64,000 bases of DNA from Botryllus schlosseri (Eukaryota). The position numbers and the translations under genes were made by a program. The stretch is from contig CM119381.1 of NCBI GenBank assembly GCA_051294905.1, positions 8,804,001 through 8,868,000 on the forward strand. Reading direction: 5' to 3'. This document shows positions 1 to 13,665 of the stretch, in pieces (position 1 is the first letter of the stretch; every line of letters starts with the position of its first letter). A model generated the notes under the pieces. The model ran no database searches and was not told the DNA's origin. It saw nothing but the letters and a program-made list of their open reading frames with translations.

Positions 1-257
1 AGAGAGAGAGAGGGAGGGAGAGAGAGAGAGATGATATCCTTTTTTCCTGCACCATCGAGATGCTTTGACGACGGAAATGCGATACGACCGTAAGGTCTGC
101 ACCCCCGTTTTTCTCCTCCATGCTATCCGTGGATGCTGAGCGCCTACCAGGATAACTGCGGATACCAGTTTTCGAGTCTTTGGTATGACGCGGCGGGCCG
201 GAGATCGAACCCACGACCTACCGATCGAGAAGCCGGATGCATGACCATATCTCGCTC
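1..257 (-). mobile_element. tRNA-derived SINE with (TC)n tail
   Basis: The minus strand of about 190-257 reads GAGCGAGATATGGTCATGCATCCGGCTTCTCGATCGGTAGGTCGTGGGTTCGATCTCC (tRNA-like, B-box GGTTCGATCTCC). A (GA)n run lies at 1-31. A second copy of the head and body is at about 18430-18533. Confidence 0.65.
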
Positions 258-890
258 ATGAAAAGTTGTTGAGAGTCGTTTCTCAAACTCATGAATTAAT
301 TTCGTCAATAATATTTATACATGCACAATGCACATATTAGGCTACTATCAAATATTTATCCTTTCTCCGCCCATGTGATCATATTTACCGGTACAGCTGA
401 TGGAGGGTTGTATTCTAAAATTTAGTGCACATAATTAATGATGAGATTAAAATTTTCAAGTCAAAAATTGAGTAGCCAATAAGTCGTAAATTCAAATTGC
501 ATTTTGGCGGCAATCAACACACGCTCATTACGTGTAGACGGCCGCACAATTGTACTTATACGGCCGCAGGTTGGCCTCCCCTGGCCTAGGGTTTATCTGA
601 AAACCAATCTAACGAAGGATTCTCACTCAATTCCAATCCGTAAATTCCGAACTAACAGCCCGCGCTGCAACATCATGGACTCTGCTGCAGCTATCTAGCG
701 CTCGCCACTACGAATACATGGTATTGTCCTGGCTTCATGGACATTCGCCATTTAACGGTGATGGGCCGGTCGACCTTTCCTCGTAATTATTTGATTGTGC
801 CATATTCGACAAGCTCAAATACCGGTACTTACAAAATATATAATTTCGACGTAGTAAAAATATAATTAGCAAAGTAAAAACACAACTGAA

Positions 891-3800
891 TCAGCCATAA
901 GGTCCTTTCTTCTTCATGAGGCCTTCTCTCGCCTTGATGAACGCCATGATATTAGCATCTGTGTCTTTATCGCCGGTTAAAGGTATTTTCGTATCGCTCC
1001 CTTGCTGCTGCATTCTTATACCAGAACTCAAGCTACGATGGAGCATCCCAGATTCGTTATCACCAGGCATCGCTCTCCTGGACGGTGCACTATGGCTCGA
1101 ATTTTGTTCGGACGGCATGGAAATGCCTGAGTTTGTGACGGGTAGCCTGAACGCTGGAACTGGTACGCGGTAATTTCCTACGGGCGGTTTAGTCCTTTGT
1201 GAGGGTGATGTGTCGGCAGGATGTGCCGGAGGCTTTGGGTATCGGTGGGGTGATTCGGGCGGGGTTCTCCACGCTTCTTTCGTTCTGGTTGAGGTGGACG
1301 GCAAAGGCACGTCGGAGTAACGATAACCGTTACCATTGAATAATTGCTTTTGGACGCTGGAAGATCTAAAAACGATATTGATTAAAGCGTACAAAAATAG
1401 CAATAGATCGTAGAAGAAAAAAAGTAATTCGTAACTGACAATCTCTCTTGGCCAGACATGGTCGTATTGGGACCCTCCTATCTGGATTAACGAAATAAAA
1501 CCGTAGAATGGTTGATCATATCAGGGTTGTAACCAAGTCACAAGGTTCCGAGTCCCAAGTCAATCTCGCTTTTATAGTTTTGACTCGAGTCAAGTCGAGT
1601 CATTTTCAATTCACCACCGAGTCAAGTCAGCTAATAGAGGGCAGAGTCCGAGGCGGATCGTTTTTACTAGAGTCCGAGTCCAAGTCATTATGGTCAACGT
1701 TCAGTTTTCAGTTCAATCCGGTTCAATCCAATTGTTCCAACTCTGCTCGAGTGATATAGAATGGCTCGCATTCACAATATACAAATTCTCCTCAGTCTTA
1801 ACAGTTTCTGACCCTATTTTCCAAGTATCACGACTGATAGATAAAACACCAATGATGTGGTAACTTTACTATTCTTCGAAGTTACGATGAAATGTCTGTC
1901 TTGGCCATCCTAGTCTTGAGTCTTATTTCTTGGTTCGAGTCATGCACATGCACAATGACTCGAGTACAAGTCCAGTCAATACAAAAATAGACTCGAGTCG
2001 AGTCATTTTACTCAAGTCAAGTCGAGTCACCAAAAATCGTGACTCAAGTCATTACAACCCTGGATTACATTGTATTGTAAACATCAGCAATTTCAGGGAT
2101 AAAGTCTACAAGTTTATCAACAAAGGCATAACTTGTCAATGAAAATTTAATCATCAACTCATATTCAGGTAATACGAAAGTCTACAATTTATAGGATAGT
2201 GAAAAAATATATGACTGTTGGAGATGTTCAAATTTTCTAGGTACCCCCCGTAATCGGAAAAGTTCGTCTACCTTGATTTCCCGCTTGGTGGTCTTGTGCT
2301 TTGTTGACTCCACCACACGTCGAAATCTCTTTGCATCTGCACCCGAGTCCGATCGAGTAGATGATGTAAATGGTCTATTTCAGCTTTCATCGCCTTCAGC
2401 ATCGTGAATGATTCCTTGTACCTGCGGCAATATGTAAGTGAAGCTTTGTCCATGGTGGTGGTTCTCAATGATGGAAAAGCCGCAGCCAGAAGCCAATCTA
2501 TTGACTAAATGCTTATTTCAACTCAAAAATACGGACATGACATTGATGAAAAGCTCATCAGCGCAGAAAATGGACAAAAAATGACTTAAGCCCCTAGTAG
2601 CCTCAAAAATATTGGGTACTCCACAAAACTTCTTGATGGCAGCAAGTGTTTTAATCTTTGGAAAGAACGACAAGCCAGGAACTGTGCGATATTACCGGTA
2701 ACAGTCCACTTACTCTTCTTTGACTTCTTCCATTTGCTGTCGAATTTGCGATTCTTGCTCGTTGTCCTCAAATGAATCGTCACTCCCGCTGATGGTGGCT
2801 AACAGAATTTGTAAAATTTGAATAAAAAGTGTCCATAAAGCTTCAACAAGGGAACGTAGATCAGACGGATTTAATTATTATCTCAGATTTGATTCGAGCA
2901 GATTCATTGCATAAATGGAATGGTATTGGTAATTTCAGGCACTTTTGGCTATATCAGGATATAGTATTGAATAGAAAATTACCGTTGCCTATCACCAGCA
3001 TATATATCCTGCAACTGTTAACTATGCATGACATGATTAATCCACATAATACACACACCTAAACAATGGTCATGATGAGTTTGGGCAGTTATGAAATGAG
3101 AAACTGGAATGAGCTGTCCCAAAGGCAAGTTACCACTGTACCTCTTTGAATGCTTTTTGTGTGTTTACTGCAAGCAGTTATATTTTGGTAATCACTGTTC
3201 CTATGTGCGTGCCAGTTCACTTCCCTTCCGTCACTCAGAAATTAATGTCGAATGTACCAATGTAATGCAACAACATAGACTATGTCTGCTTTAATAGTAG
3301 CAAAATTCGGAAAAAGTCTGATCGTATGACTGCATTACTATGCAATGTTTGTATCTCGTGTGGAGCTGTGGTCTGAGGGTGAATATCCATAATTCACATT
3401 GGCCAAATCTAGCAAAATGGTAGATCTCAACAAAGTATTGAAAAGACACACACTAGGATTTCAATGCATCGTTCTGCAATTGATAGGAAATATAAGTTGC
3501 GAAAGATTCAGCAAAGCACACATACAAAAAAACAGGATGAGAGAGACGACTCACTTGACTGTTAGTATAAAACATAAATGAATGAAAAGTGCGTTAACAG
3601 TACCACCACTATAGAACAGTATTTCGCAAGCAATCGGACAGTCGCCGAGCAAGTTTTCATGAAAGTCGAAATATGAACAGATTTCACGCACGATTCTACA
3701 AATCAAGATTAGCAGATTACGAACTGACATATTTTTGCCGAACGGGTTAACGGGAAAATACGAAAATTCACGATTTCTCTCATACATCCCCAAGCCCGTT

Positions 3801-6800
3801 GAGACAAACATTGCTGACATGCAAGAAATGGAAACTCACCTCGCACGGCTCTCTGCTTCTTGAATTGCTCATAATCACTCTTCAATTTATCTGAATAAAA
3901 CCTTGATGTGAGATCCTTTTGCAAACATCAAATATAATGGCACAATGAGAGTGACATGTTCACTTCATCACCTAGTCTATATCTGGTCAGAAGCTGAACG
4001 CTGTGACACTCTGCTATCTCATCAATAGTCTAGTAGTGGTGGTTGCATTGCTACTTCTACTTGTAATTGAGTCGATTTACCGCATTACTTCTACTTGAGT
4101 ATCATTGCTGACAACTTCGACCTCCACTGATGATGTAATTATGAGTCGTAATTGAATATTTGATTTGACTCTGCTTGGGTCACAGAGACGATAACGCATG
4201 CACGGTCTCTTACTCATGACGGTTCTCGTCTTGTTGACTTTCAACCCCAAAGATTTCGCTTCCGAATATCGTTGCTTCAATCGTTCCTTCTGATCAACGA
4301 TCGCTTGCTTATGAGCGTAGTTTTCCTTGAAAATTTCAAAAGCTTCCTGCCTCCCGGCAGACATCTCGGGATCTGAACGATAGAAGCGGAAATGAGTCAG
4401 GGTGCGAATCAAAATTTCAAAGTATTTCCATCAGTCTCGACTTTGGATTGGACTTTACATCGCTGTTCGACAGAAATATTGGACAGCGGCACTAGCTCAG
4501 TAACTTGCATCTCTAGTCTTGCAATGAAGAGGTCTCAGGTTAGATGCCTAATGGCTGTCACCCCTAGAAGCCAGCCGTGACAAGAAAATCCAACCCCTGC
4601 CATAGCCCGGGGTAAATGGTTAAGCTTGCGGCATCAAGGGTTTTTGGCGTTAAACTTCAGCCAAATCATTAAGCCGACAACTGAGCACTCATCGGCTACA
4701 GGTTGAGGGACTCTCTCCGTCTCTTTGTAGAGTATCGGTTCTCAAACTTTTAAAAGTATTCTGCCTGGTGGACTATTTGTAATTCCAACGCCCTACAAAC
4801 ATCAAAGAATTCCTATAGGATAAATACAAAAACCACACCCATGACAGAAATGGCGAAAACTGTCAAATTCTGTAAGCGTTTGACAGGTTGCGTACTCTAA
4901 GCACAAACACATGTTTTTCTGCAAGTAAGTTATATACTCTTGTTCGGGATAGCGCAACTGTCATGTAGCGGGGTACCGTCATTCGGTCTCAGTAGGTTGA
5001 TATCGAGTGAATTCTGATTACGAATCATCTCAAACTGTTGTACGAACCCCAGTTGGTATGTTGATCCCGGTTTGCGAACGGGTGCACAAGAAAAATATTT
5101 TATTTTTGCTTCAACACTATCATCTTTTCCGTACCTTTCACACGGGACTTGAGCTCGAATTGCACGTTATCATCTTTCTTATGGGGGCTGGGTTCGTAAG
5201 CGGAACTATTGTACGGCATCGTGCCGCTAGAAAGATTGCCGTCGGATTGAGATCGATTCGAAGAGTCTGCGTTGGATTCCGCGTCCATCGCCCTTTTCCT
5301 TTCCTTCTTCAGCATGTTCACCAAGATGTCTAATTCGAACAGTTAAAGGACTACTTTCCCAGACGTTTCGTGAGCATCCACGTCCCAACTTCAATATCCA
5401 AAAATCATGAAAATAGATGCAGGAGAAATTTTGAGGCATAGATATACTGACAGCTCAACGCATTAGTACACAAAATTTTCCGATAAAAGAATCTGTTAGA
5501 CTGCTCCGATAGTCGGACAGAAAATTATTATCAATGTGATCTCATTATAGTCAGAGGTGGTCAGTAACGAAGTACTTCTACTTATATGGAGTACTCAAGC
5601 AGGCTTTGCCTACTTCTGAAAGTGATTACGTTTTAAGACTACTTTGATTAGATCCACGTTTAGGCAAAACTAAATACTTTTGTTACTAAGCTACTATGTA
5701 AAACAGAAAGTAGTTTGGGTATATGCTTGCGTCACTTTTATGAGTGACAGTGTCATGACAAATTGGGAAAAAGAGCCTCTGCATCATAGTACCTGAATAC
5801 ATATTTAAAAGTCGCGAGTGAGACACATCAAGAGCGACCTCACTAACGACTTGCCCTAGCACTCGCTAGCGAAGGAGCGGAGCAAAGAAAGAAACGAAGT
5901 CGCGGGCCAATTTCGATACCATGTGATCACCACATTAGCCATGACCGATCTTTTCGATCGGTAGGAACTTCCCTTCGAAAAGGATACTAATCTCCATATC
6001 TCGCTGCTCCAAAATCTCTTTTAATCTTTTGATTTCATGGGGCGTAAGGGAAGCCTCACTCTCGCTTGATTGCTGTGCTGGCCCATCCGAGCTTGCAGAA
6101 TCGTTGTGTCCGTTGCTTAGTTGTATCGACTTCAAGGCGTGCTTTTTTAATGCCCCGTAAGAATATTGGATTTTTCTCATATCGCCGCCAACGTCGAGGG
6201 TCGCCTCCAAGTCCGTGTCGTTCAGGTAGTTTTCTATCATTTCATTGAGGCTGAATGAAAAAGATTTTGTTACTAGTGTATTCATGTATATGTGTAATTG
6301 ACAGAGATGGTGAAAATAGTCAGCATTGCTACTTAAGCTGAAGTAGAAGTATTACCGGGAATTTCTGCTGAATTACAACTAAAAATATAAATATTGATTT
6401 CAAAAAATGTGTCAAAACTAGTTCAAGTCAAAGTAGATAGTAAGAAGTTTCAGCAGTACTCACTTAAGTAGTTTCAAAAGGTGAATTAATTTGGTTGATA
6501 GATCTCATATTGTTAGCACTTAATCGCAAGTAGCTACTTCAAAAATCGCAAGAAGCATCCCCTCCACTAACGCAAATGACTGAGGCAGTAGAAATATGTG
6601 CAATTTTTGAAACTATATTCAGTTACCGTGATACAGGGGCTATTTCGCTCAGTTTTCATAATGTCACTCTGAAAAGTGGTGCAAGCATATCCCAAAACCC
6701 CTTCCTACTTCAGAAAATCCAAAGTATGTAGTTTTGTTTTAAAAAGCGTCATGTAAGTCTCAAGGCATATCCACTTGAGTAAGTCTTACAAGTAGGCAAA

Positions 6801-9800
6801 GTCTACTTGAGTTCCACAGAAAAGTGGAAGTATTTCGTTATTTTATATCTTCTCACAGGCTAGTTCTTGAATGCAGCATTATTTTTAGTTAACCTATTTT
6901 GGCCAAGATATTTCTTTTAAAATATGCTACTACCGTAATTTTCCAAGGATAGTACGCCCCCATGTATAATACGCACCCCTAAAATAGCATGTAAATTCTG
7001 GGAAAAAGCCTGTACCCATGTATAGTGCGCACCATGCATTTCAGTACATGAATAGTTCCGATTCCGTATACGATGTCATTGTTTTGCGATGACACTCTTG
7101 AACAATCATTACACAACGATCGCTAATCATTATACAATTAACGGTATTGTCTCTAAACGATAGTAGATAGCAGCCAAAGCCTGCGAGGCCGGCGGCGAGT
7201 TAGTTTAGGCCAACGAACCGACAGCTTGCGCACGATGCCTATTACACATGCGATTGCGCCTAGGCTAACGGTTACGTCATGCGCAACAGGTCTGTTGGAG
7301 ATGCGACTGATTACGCTAGCGATTATATCTTGCGCACATGACCTCTTGTGTAATGTGTATGTCTAAATTGCATATGCGATTGTTCGGGCCTGTCGTTGAC
7401 GCGATGAATTGGCGCGCGCGAGTGTCTATTAGTAGGCTTACCATATTTTGGAAATGTAAAAAGAGGACACTTATTCAGAAATTTCAGACATGCAAAACTG
7501 GAGAAGAATTCTCAAAAACCGGTAAATTTTTCCCGCTTCGTGATCGGTTGACTAAAAAAAAAAAAAAAGGTCATCACTTCCGCTCAGAGCTCAAAATAAC
7601 GTTTTTCTCTCTACCTTGCCAGGTGGATGACTAAAAAAAAAGGTCTTCTTTTCGCTCAGGGCTTAAATCACCACTTTTCCCTCCGAAATACCCGCCGGAG
7701 CTTCACTTCTGCGCTAATTTACGGCATATCACTCGCGATTTCCTCTAAATCTGACCTAAATTTTCAAAAAAGAGGACAAAATCTCAAAAAAGAGGACAAA
7801 AGGGCGTCCTCCGAGGACACTTTCAAAAAAGTCAAAAAAGAGGACAAATCCTCTTAAAAGAGGACGTATGGTAAGCCTACTATTAGTGACCTAATTTCGC
7901 TCGCCTACAAACCGCAAACCAACTCAGCAGGAGATCGTGTGCTTTTGCACACGACTCTCGTTAATTGGCAACACGGTTCCCACTAATTACTACGCGCGAT
8001 GGCTGAAAGTGATGCGCGATTGGAAACAAACATGAAGAAAGGTGTGATTTCAAGTTTTTTATCCAGGGACATTTTTTTCAAGGCTTGTTGTACCCATGTA
8101 TAATATGCACCCCCCTATTTTAAGGCAAAAAAATCATGAAAATTTTGCGGATTATACATGGAAAATTACGGTATCTATAAATGTATGCATACGTAAGGCT
8201 ATATTTGTGTCAGCCGTAAAAAGCCTAGACTAGAAAAAGGTTAGAATTTGGGAACGACTAACTCGTATTAAAGTGTGCCATCGTCTTGCTTAGCAACAGC
8301 TTTGATAACAAATTTGATTTCACTTACAATTATTATACCTCTAGCTTATATTGACACAGATTTGGAATATAAAGCCCAAAAATGACAAAACCTACCGTTC
8401 AATCTCTTCCTGCGTTAATTGGTCACTTCTTTGCTCTCCAGTTACCAACGACAATTCATCTTTCAACGACTGGATCTCTTTTTTCAATCTCAAGATCATC
8501 TGAACAATAATAATGTTTCAGTTGTGTAATTAACTCTTACTGTGTGAAAGCCATATAATTTCGTTATCCGAAATAAATTTACCCTCGCTACTCGACTCAA
8601 ACCCTTCTTATTTGATATGTGGAATTCGGGATAAGAACTGTATTTGATGCATCACAATAATAAATGACAATTTAGGTATCAAATCTTTTCATAAAACATA
8701 ATGAATTTGGCAGAGCAATCACTGGTAATTTTAGGAGTTGCGGTGAGTTATCGCTAATAACAGACAAGACGTAACTCTTCAAAAACCAACTTCAAAGAAG
8801 TGTTGGGATAAGGTCACCACATTATCAACTCTTAAATATTCGAATTTGAAGGCAATTCACAGTCATGAAATCTTTTCAGATAGGTCATTTGAGTGAATGC
8901 TCAGATGCAGATGCATATAATACTGAATGTCATACTTGTCCAATTTTTTTCATGCCGCGTTAAAACTAGAAAGACAATATAAGTGACTGAATTTTAAGTT
9001 TGTAGCTTGAAATGCTGCTCACGGAATATACTCTAAGTGAAATGTGACATGGAATCCGGTACACAAAAGATTAGTATTAATGACGTGGTCACTTCTCAAC
9101 GAATTGAAAATTAATTCGAAAATGTGACTCTGAGCCGCAAGTCATTTCCTATTTACATCGTGTCAGAGTCAAGTCATTTTGAAGCCGTGACTCGAGTCAT
9201 TCCAGAGCAGTGTCTCTAGTCTGACTCGAGCCATCAACACACTGCTCAAAAGTGGTTGGATTCATATTAAACTTTCGATCGTGTGAAGAACAGTGGATAG
9301 ATTGTTAAAATACCATGTTTGATTGACTATGACATTACATAATGTGACATCAGTGACAAATTATTTCTAAAAAGAGTACAAATGGGACTTGAATTCCACG
9401 GAACAGTACTCACAAGTTTTGGGTCGAGCTCTTCGTTCAAAGTCGCTTCGTTCTTGATCAAAGCAACTCTCTGAGCAAAACGGCAAGTCGATATCGATTC
9501 CTGAAATACCAAGTGTTCGTTCACAATAAAATATTCAAAAGTTGCCTATTAATGAGGGCACTTGAAATTAGGGTTTACACACAGCCTTAACCTATTTAAT
9601 CAATTAGAGTAGAGTTACCTCATTATGTGATTGAGAAACAAACATTGTTACAGGCTGATGTAACAGCAAACTCGTCACTCCAGGCAAAAACCACAATGGA
9701 ACATATGTTACATCCGATTGTAATTATATTTAGGTTGATACAACATATCCTATGTCCTACTATATCACATATCCTGCCCAAGCAGAAGCATTATTGCTAG

Positions 9801-12800
9801 AGTTGATAATGTCCAATTCAAGTATCTAGTTAAAAAGTCTTTTGTGTTGTGACAATGTGTATGTATGTAGTAGTCCTATAGCGGCTTTCAAAGATGTTCT
9901 GATTTTGACCGGACAGGAATCCGGCAAGTTTTTCTGAAACAGGATTGGATCCAGATTAGCAGCTTTCTTTCCATGATCTGCACATCTCTACAAGCATTGT
10001 TCATACGTCTAAATTTTTCTTATCCACGGCAACCGTAGCAATCATTGTCGTCATGCAGTTCCCACCGAGACTATCCCTCAGCACCGATGTCATCATCGAG
10101 TTTCTGTACGGAATGTGCTGTCGGCTTTTTTCAGACAGTGCAATAATGACCTAAAAGCAATATTAAAAGATTTCTGAAAACATGATATATTATTATTGCG
10201 AAACAATTCTCATGGCATACAATTGTTAGCCTAAACAAAATAAAGCAAATAATTTTGCAAGAAATGTTCAATCTCGGTTGACTTAGTCATGAAAATTCGT
10301 GGCCAATGAAGTTGATAGGGCTTGTAACTGACTTGGAAATAGCAGCATTAACGGTAGCCTACATTTTACATGTACTCGGAAGCGACCACTGATTAGGTCA
10401 GTGTTGAAATTAATCTACTTATATCAGGCAATAAACAGATTCAGCTTTACTCACTCGAGCCATTTTTAAAAGCTTTTTAATTTAATTGATAAAAGTATCT
10501 ACTATATACTAGTAAAATTTCTCAATAGATGATAGTTTATTTACGAATTTGCGGAAATTTTTATGTAAAGCGCTACTTTAAAATATCTCACCTGTTCCAG
10601 AAAATGGAGAGACAAATTAATATACTTGGCTTCGGTCAGCAACTGCCCGCCGACATTGGTCTTTGTAACACGTTCGGAACTGCAAAGTTTGTTACATGAA
10701 ATTCTGCCAATATCATCTCATGCAATTGAATCGCCTACCCTGCGAGATCTACCAAGTGTAGTTTGGACCGTCTTATAGTAGCAGAGCCAGGTTCACGACT
10801 CGTGATGTGAATCGTAAAGATGCAATGAGACCGTGTGGATGCTTGGTTCATTGGGGTTTCGGCAATCATTCTAAAATAGGTAGAAGTGTGGATTAGCATC
10901 CTAATTGTGATATCAGTGGCTTTGCAATTGCACTAGCAATATCTCTGTACTGCATTACAGAATCAGTTGTATCTTGGTATTTCGAAAATTAACTTTCATC
11001 ACATAACCACTTTTCTGAATCGACCTACCATGTTAGAACGAACGGTAGGCCTACATTTTGGATGAAATTGCACAGAAGGGATGTATTTTATCTAGTTGAA
11101 TTTGTGAAATTTGTAAAATGGCTTGACCAGCTGACTTGATGGTCATATCACTGGCCACCATTTCACCGCAATACTTTCTTGCATTTGGAAATAAACTTCT
11201 GTCTGTCTGTCTGTATGTAATATTACTTGTGCATGAGACTCGAGCTAATTTGGGTAACTGGATTCAGAAAAAGGTCACTCTTTTATTGAAGCTCATCCCT
11301 TCACTACGGTTTATTAAATTGTGTCATATTAAACAACTCACCTATTAGTATCACCGAGAAAAAGTAAATTCAGAGCTTCTTCGATGTTTTGCGCGGGTAA
11401 AAGCGATAAATTCTTCAAGTGAATATTTTGGTCGGGATCTTCCATCAGCAGGACTTTGCTGTCAGGTTGCCATACTGGTAAAATATGTCTGCCAACGGCC
11501 AAACTGAACAAAATGACTTACGGCAAATCTTCTAGTTTTGCAGCTTCGTGTCTGGGATCAAGCAAATCGTATCCATTCTCATTGTATATCTCCAAATACG
11601 AAATTTCTGTGGAGTATATGTGTCCCTTGTCTGCTTCATACTGAAAAAGTAACACATGTCTATGCTTTTTTTTATGGTGCAAACAGTTGGTACAGGTACC
11701 AGGAAATTATTTTTAGTGCAATGGCAGAGAGCGGGGGACTAATGTACCATTAACGTGGGCGTACTCAGTACTAGCAGTTGGACTTTGTGGCAATTAATTT
11801 GGGACACCTGATATTGATTTTCTGTGCGAATTGAAATCTGTTCTTGATATAGCTCGAAGTTGAAAATTTAGCAATTATAATTTTACATTTTTAAAATTCT
11901 TAGGGGTGGAATATAAAATCTCACATCAGATAGCATCTGTTTAGGTGTTTTCTCTACCAGAGCACAGGTTTCTTCTGCTATTACAGCATCTTACTGTTTT
12001 ATTCCACAGTGCTGGTTACATTCTAAGATGCCAGTGTTACCGTCAGCATAATCAATCAATCTATTTGGAAAACGAAACATGCTGTCTCAGAGCAAGATTT
12101 TCATCACTTTCCATCGGCTTGGCCCACCATTTTTGTTGTTAGACAATGACATTGCAAACAAAAAAGGTCTCACGAAGTCATGTCATTCAGGCAGTCATCA
12201 TTTATTATACAGTACGTGTTCTAGAGATAAGATATTTCAAGAACCATATAGCCTACAAACTTATTCGGACATTTTTACGCTATTTCAGCAAGAAATTTCT
12301 CTCATACCATAAAATTGGCATTGGTCGCAGAATTAAACATGTTTTAAATAACGTGCGTATGCCCATTGCCAATATTGCAATGAGTGCGAGTAGAATTAAA
12401 GGATGTATTTCGATACCTTCTCAAATAAGTAGGAAAGAGATCTGGGTATGATGCCGCGGTCCGCAAATTTTTCCGCTCCTCCCGTGATTGTGAAGGTTTT
12501 GCCACTACCAGTCTGTGACAAAGATAAGTGATTATGCATTTGAAATGCTTCTGATTACGGGCTATTTTTGTGATAGAAAACCATAGAGGCTGACTCAATG
12601 ATCATTCAGGGGTAGAAGATGTAGTAGAACAATTAGTGAATAAATTATATTCATGAATGAAGTGCAGCAATATTCCCCTTTCCGTGTAGAAGTTTGAAAT
12701 TAGGAGATCATAAATATTTAACGACTCACTTGACCATATGCAAATATTGTTCCATTGTATCCAGACAAAACGCTGAAGAAATACAAAATTGTAATACAGG

Positions 12801-13428
12801 GATAATGTGAGATAAAAGCCATATGATCTTACTTGTCAACCACATCTTTTGCGACGTGGTCGAATACCACATCTTGCTTTGCTTGTTGGTCAAACACCTT
12901 CTCGAAGCTGTAATAAGTTATAACTATATTTGAAACATCAAAGTTACCAAAACTGTGGGAGAATAACATATTAACGATAATTGACTAACTATTGGCTGAT
13001 TTTACAAATAAAAACAAGTGCTATATTCCTGATTTCTGCCTCATGTTTTACTTACGAAAATTTGTACGACTCTCTCTTGTTGTTTACAAATCCATCCTGT
13101 TGATCACGGGGAACTACAAATTCGACAGAGGACTTGGGCAACGTCTCGTCATCATCCACAGAAAATATCTGAAATTCATGATGAATATTTTGGAACTTAA
13201 CAAATTGAGAAAGAATCAAAAGTGTGTGGAGTAAACAGAATCGCGAAAATTCCAAGAATTGTTATGAATACGAAAAAGCAAACTCAACCATTCGCGAGGG
13301 TCCGAGGGTTGATTTCTGGTTGTGCAGTACATAATCTTACACTTCAAAAATAGTAACTTGCAACTTACCCCGGTCTTTAGCCTTGTGGGCTTTACCCGAC
13401 AAAATATCTTAATCGTCTGTTTCACCAT
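891..13428 (-). CDS. KIF6: Kinesin-like protein KIF6 (kinesin-9 family), 19 exons, about 851 aa
   Basis: Exons on the complement: 13369-13428, 13056-13168, 12833-12907, 12730-12772, 12417-12512, 11522-11640, 11342-11458, 10739-10870, 10592-10679, 10007-10150, 9414-9500, 8396-8499, 5988-6250, 5135-5329, 4214-4372, 3840-3890, 2714-2798, 2272-2421, 891-1365. All are GT-AG and phase-consistent; they total 2556 nt. Motifs: N-terminus [27 protein letters not shown]-loop GQTGSGKT, switch I NQASTRSH, switch [18 protein letters not shown], and C-terminal [20 protein letters not shown], all matching vertebrate KIF6 as recalled. Confidence 0.95.
1522..2062. mobile_element. Non-autonomous hAT-like MITE (GACTCGAGTC-repeat family), in the last KIF6 intron
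   Basis: TIR CAGGGTTGTAA...TTACAACCCTG with many subterminal GACTCGAGTC/AGTCAAGTC motifs. Flanks gatcatat/gattacat (6/8). An inverted copy lies at 21545-21931. Confidence 0.8.
6931..8173. mobile_element. Tc1/mariner (pogo/Tigger-like) non-autonomous element in a KIF6 intron
   Basis: Ends TACCGTAATTTTCCA...GGAAAATTACGGTA (CCGTA TIR with TA duplication) and repeated subterminal CCCATGTATAATACGCACCC-like motifs. It is interrupted by the MITE at 7433-7879. Confidence 0.7.
7433..7879. mobile_element. hAT-like MITE (TAGGGTTACCAT family), nested
   Basis: TIR TAGGCTTACCAT...ATGGTAAGCCTA, with ctattag duplicated on both flanks. Homologous to 14419-14717 and 30309-30660. Confidence 0.8.
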
Positions 13429-13665
13429 CCTCAAGGGTGTTAGATGATGCTCCAACTAAATACCGCAGACAGTTAACAGTTCGTAACTCTGTAGCGGGCA
13501 AGCCAACAAGGCAACAGAGCACACCACACAAAAATACTCGATGTGCTTATCTGGTCGGTCAATACAATGAACAGTTGATTGGAAGAACAGCTACATTTAC
13601 GATATCAACAACTGCAGCAGCTTGACTGCCCACGACAGTAGGTGTCATGAAAGAGGTATTTAGAT

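Noticed and set aside
916-1173. Plus-strand ORFs antisense to real exons (also 5007-5333, 49313-49641, 55575-56042, 62812-63147)
   Set aside because: These are shadows of coding sequence on the opposite strand, with no recognisable homology.
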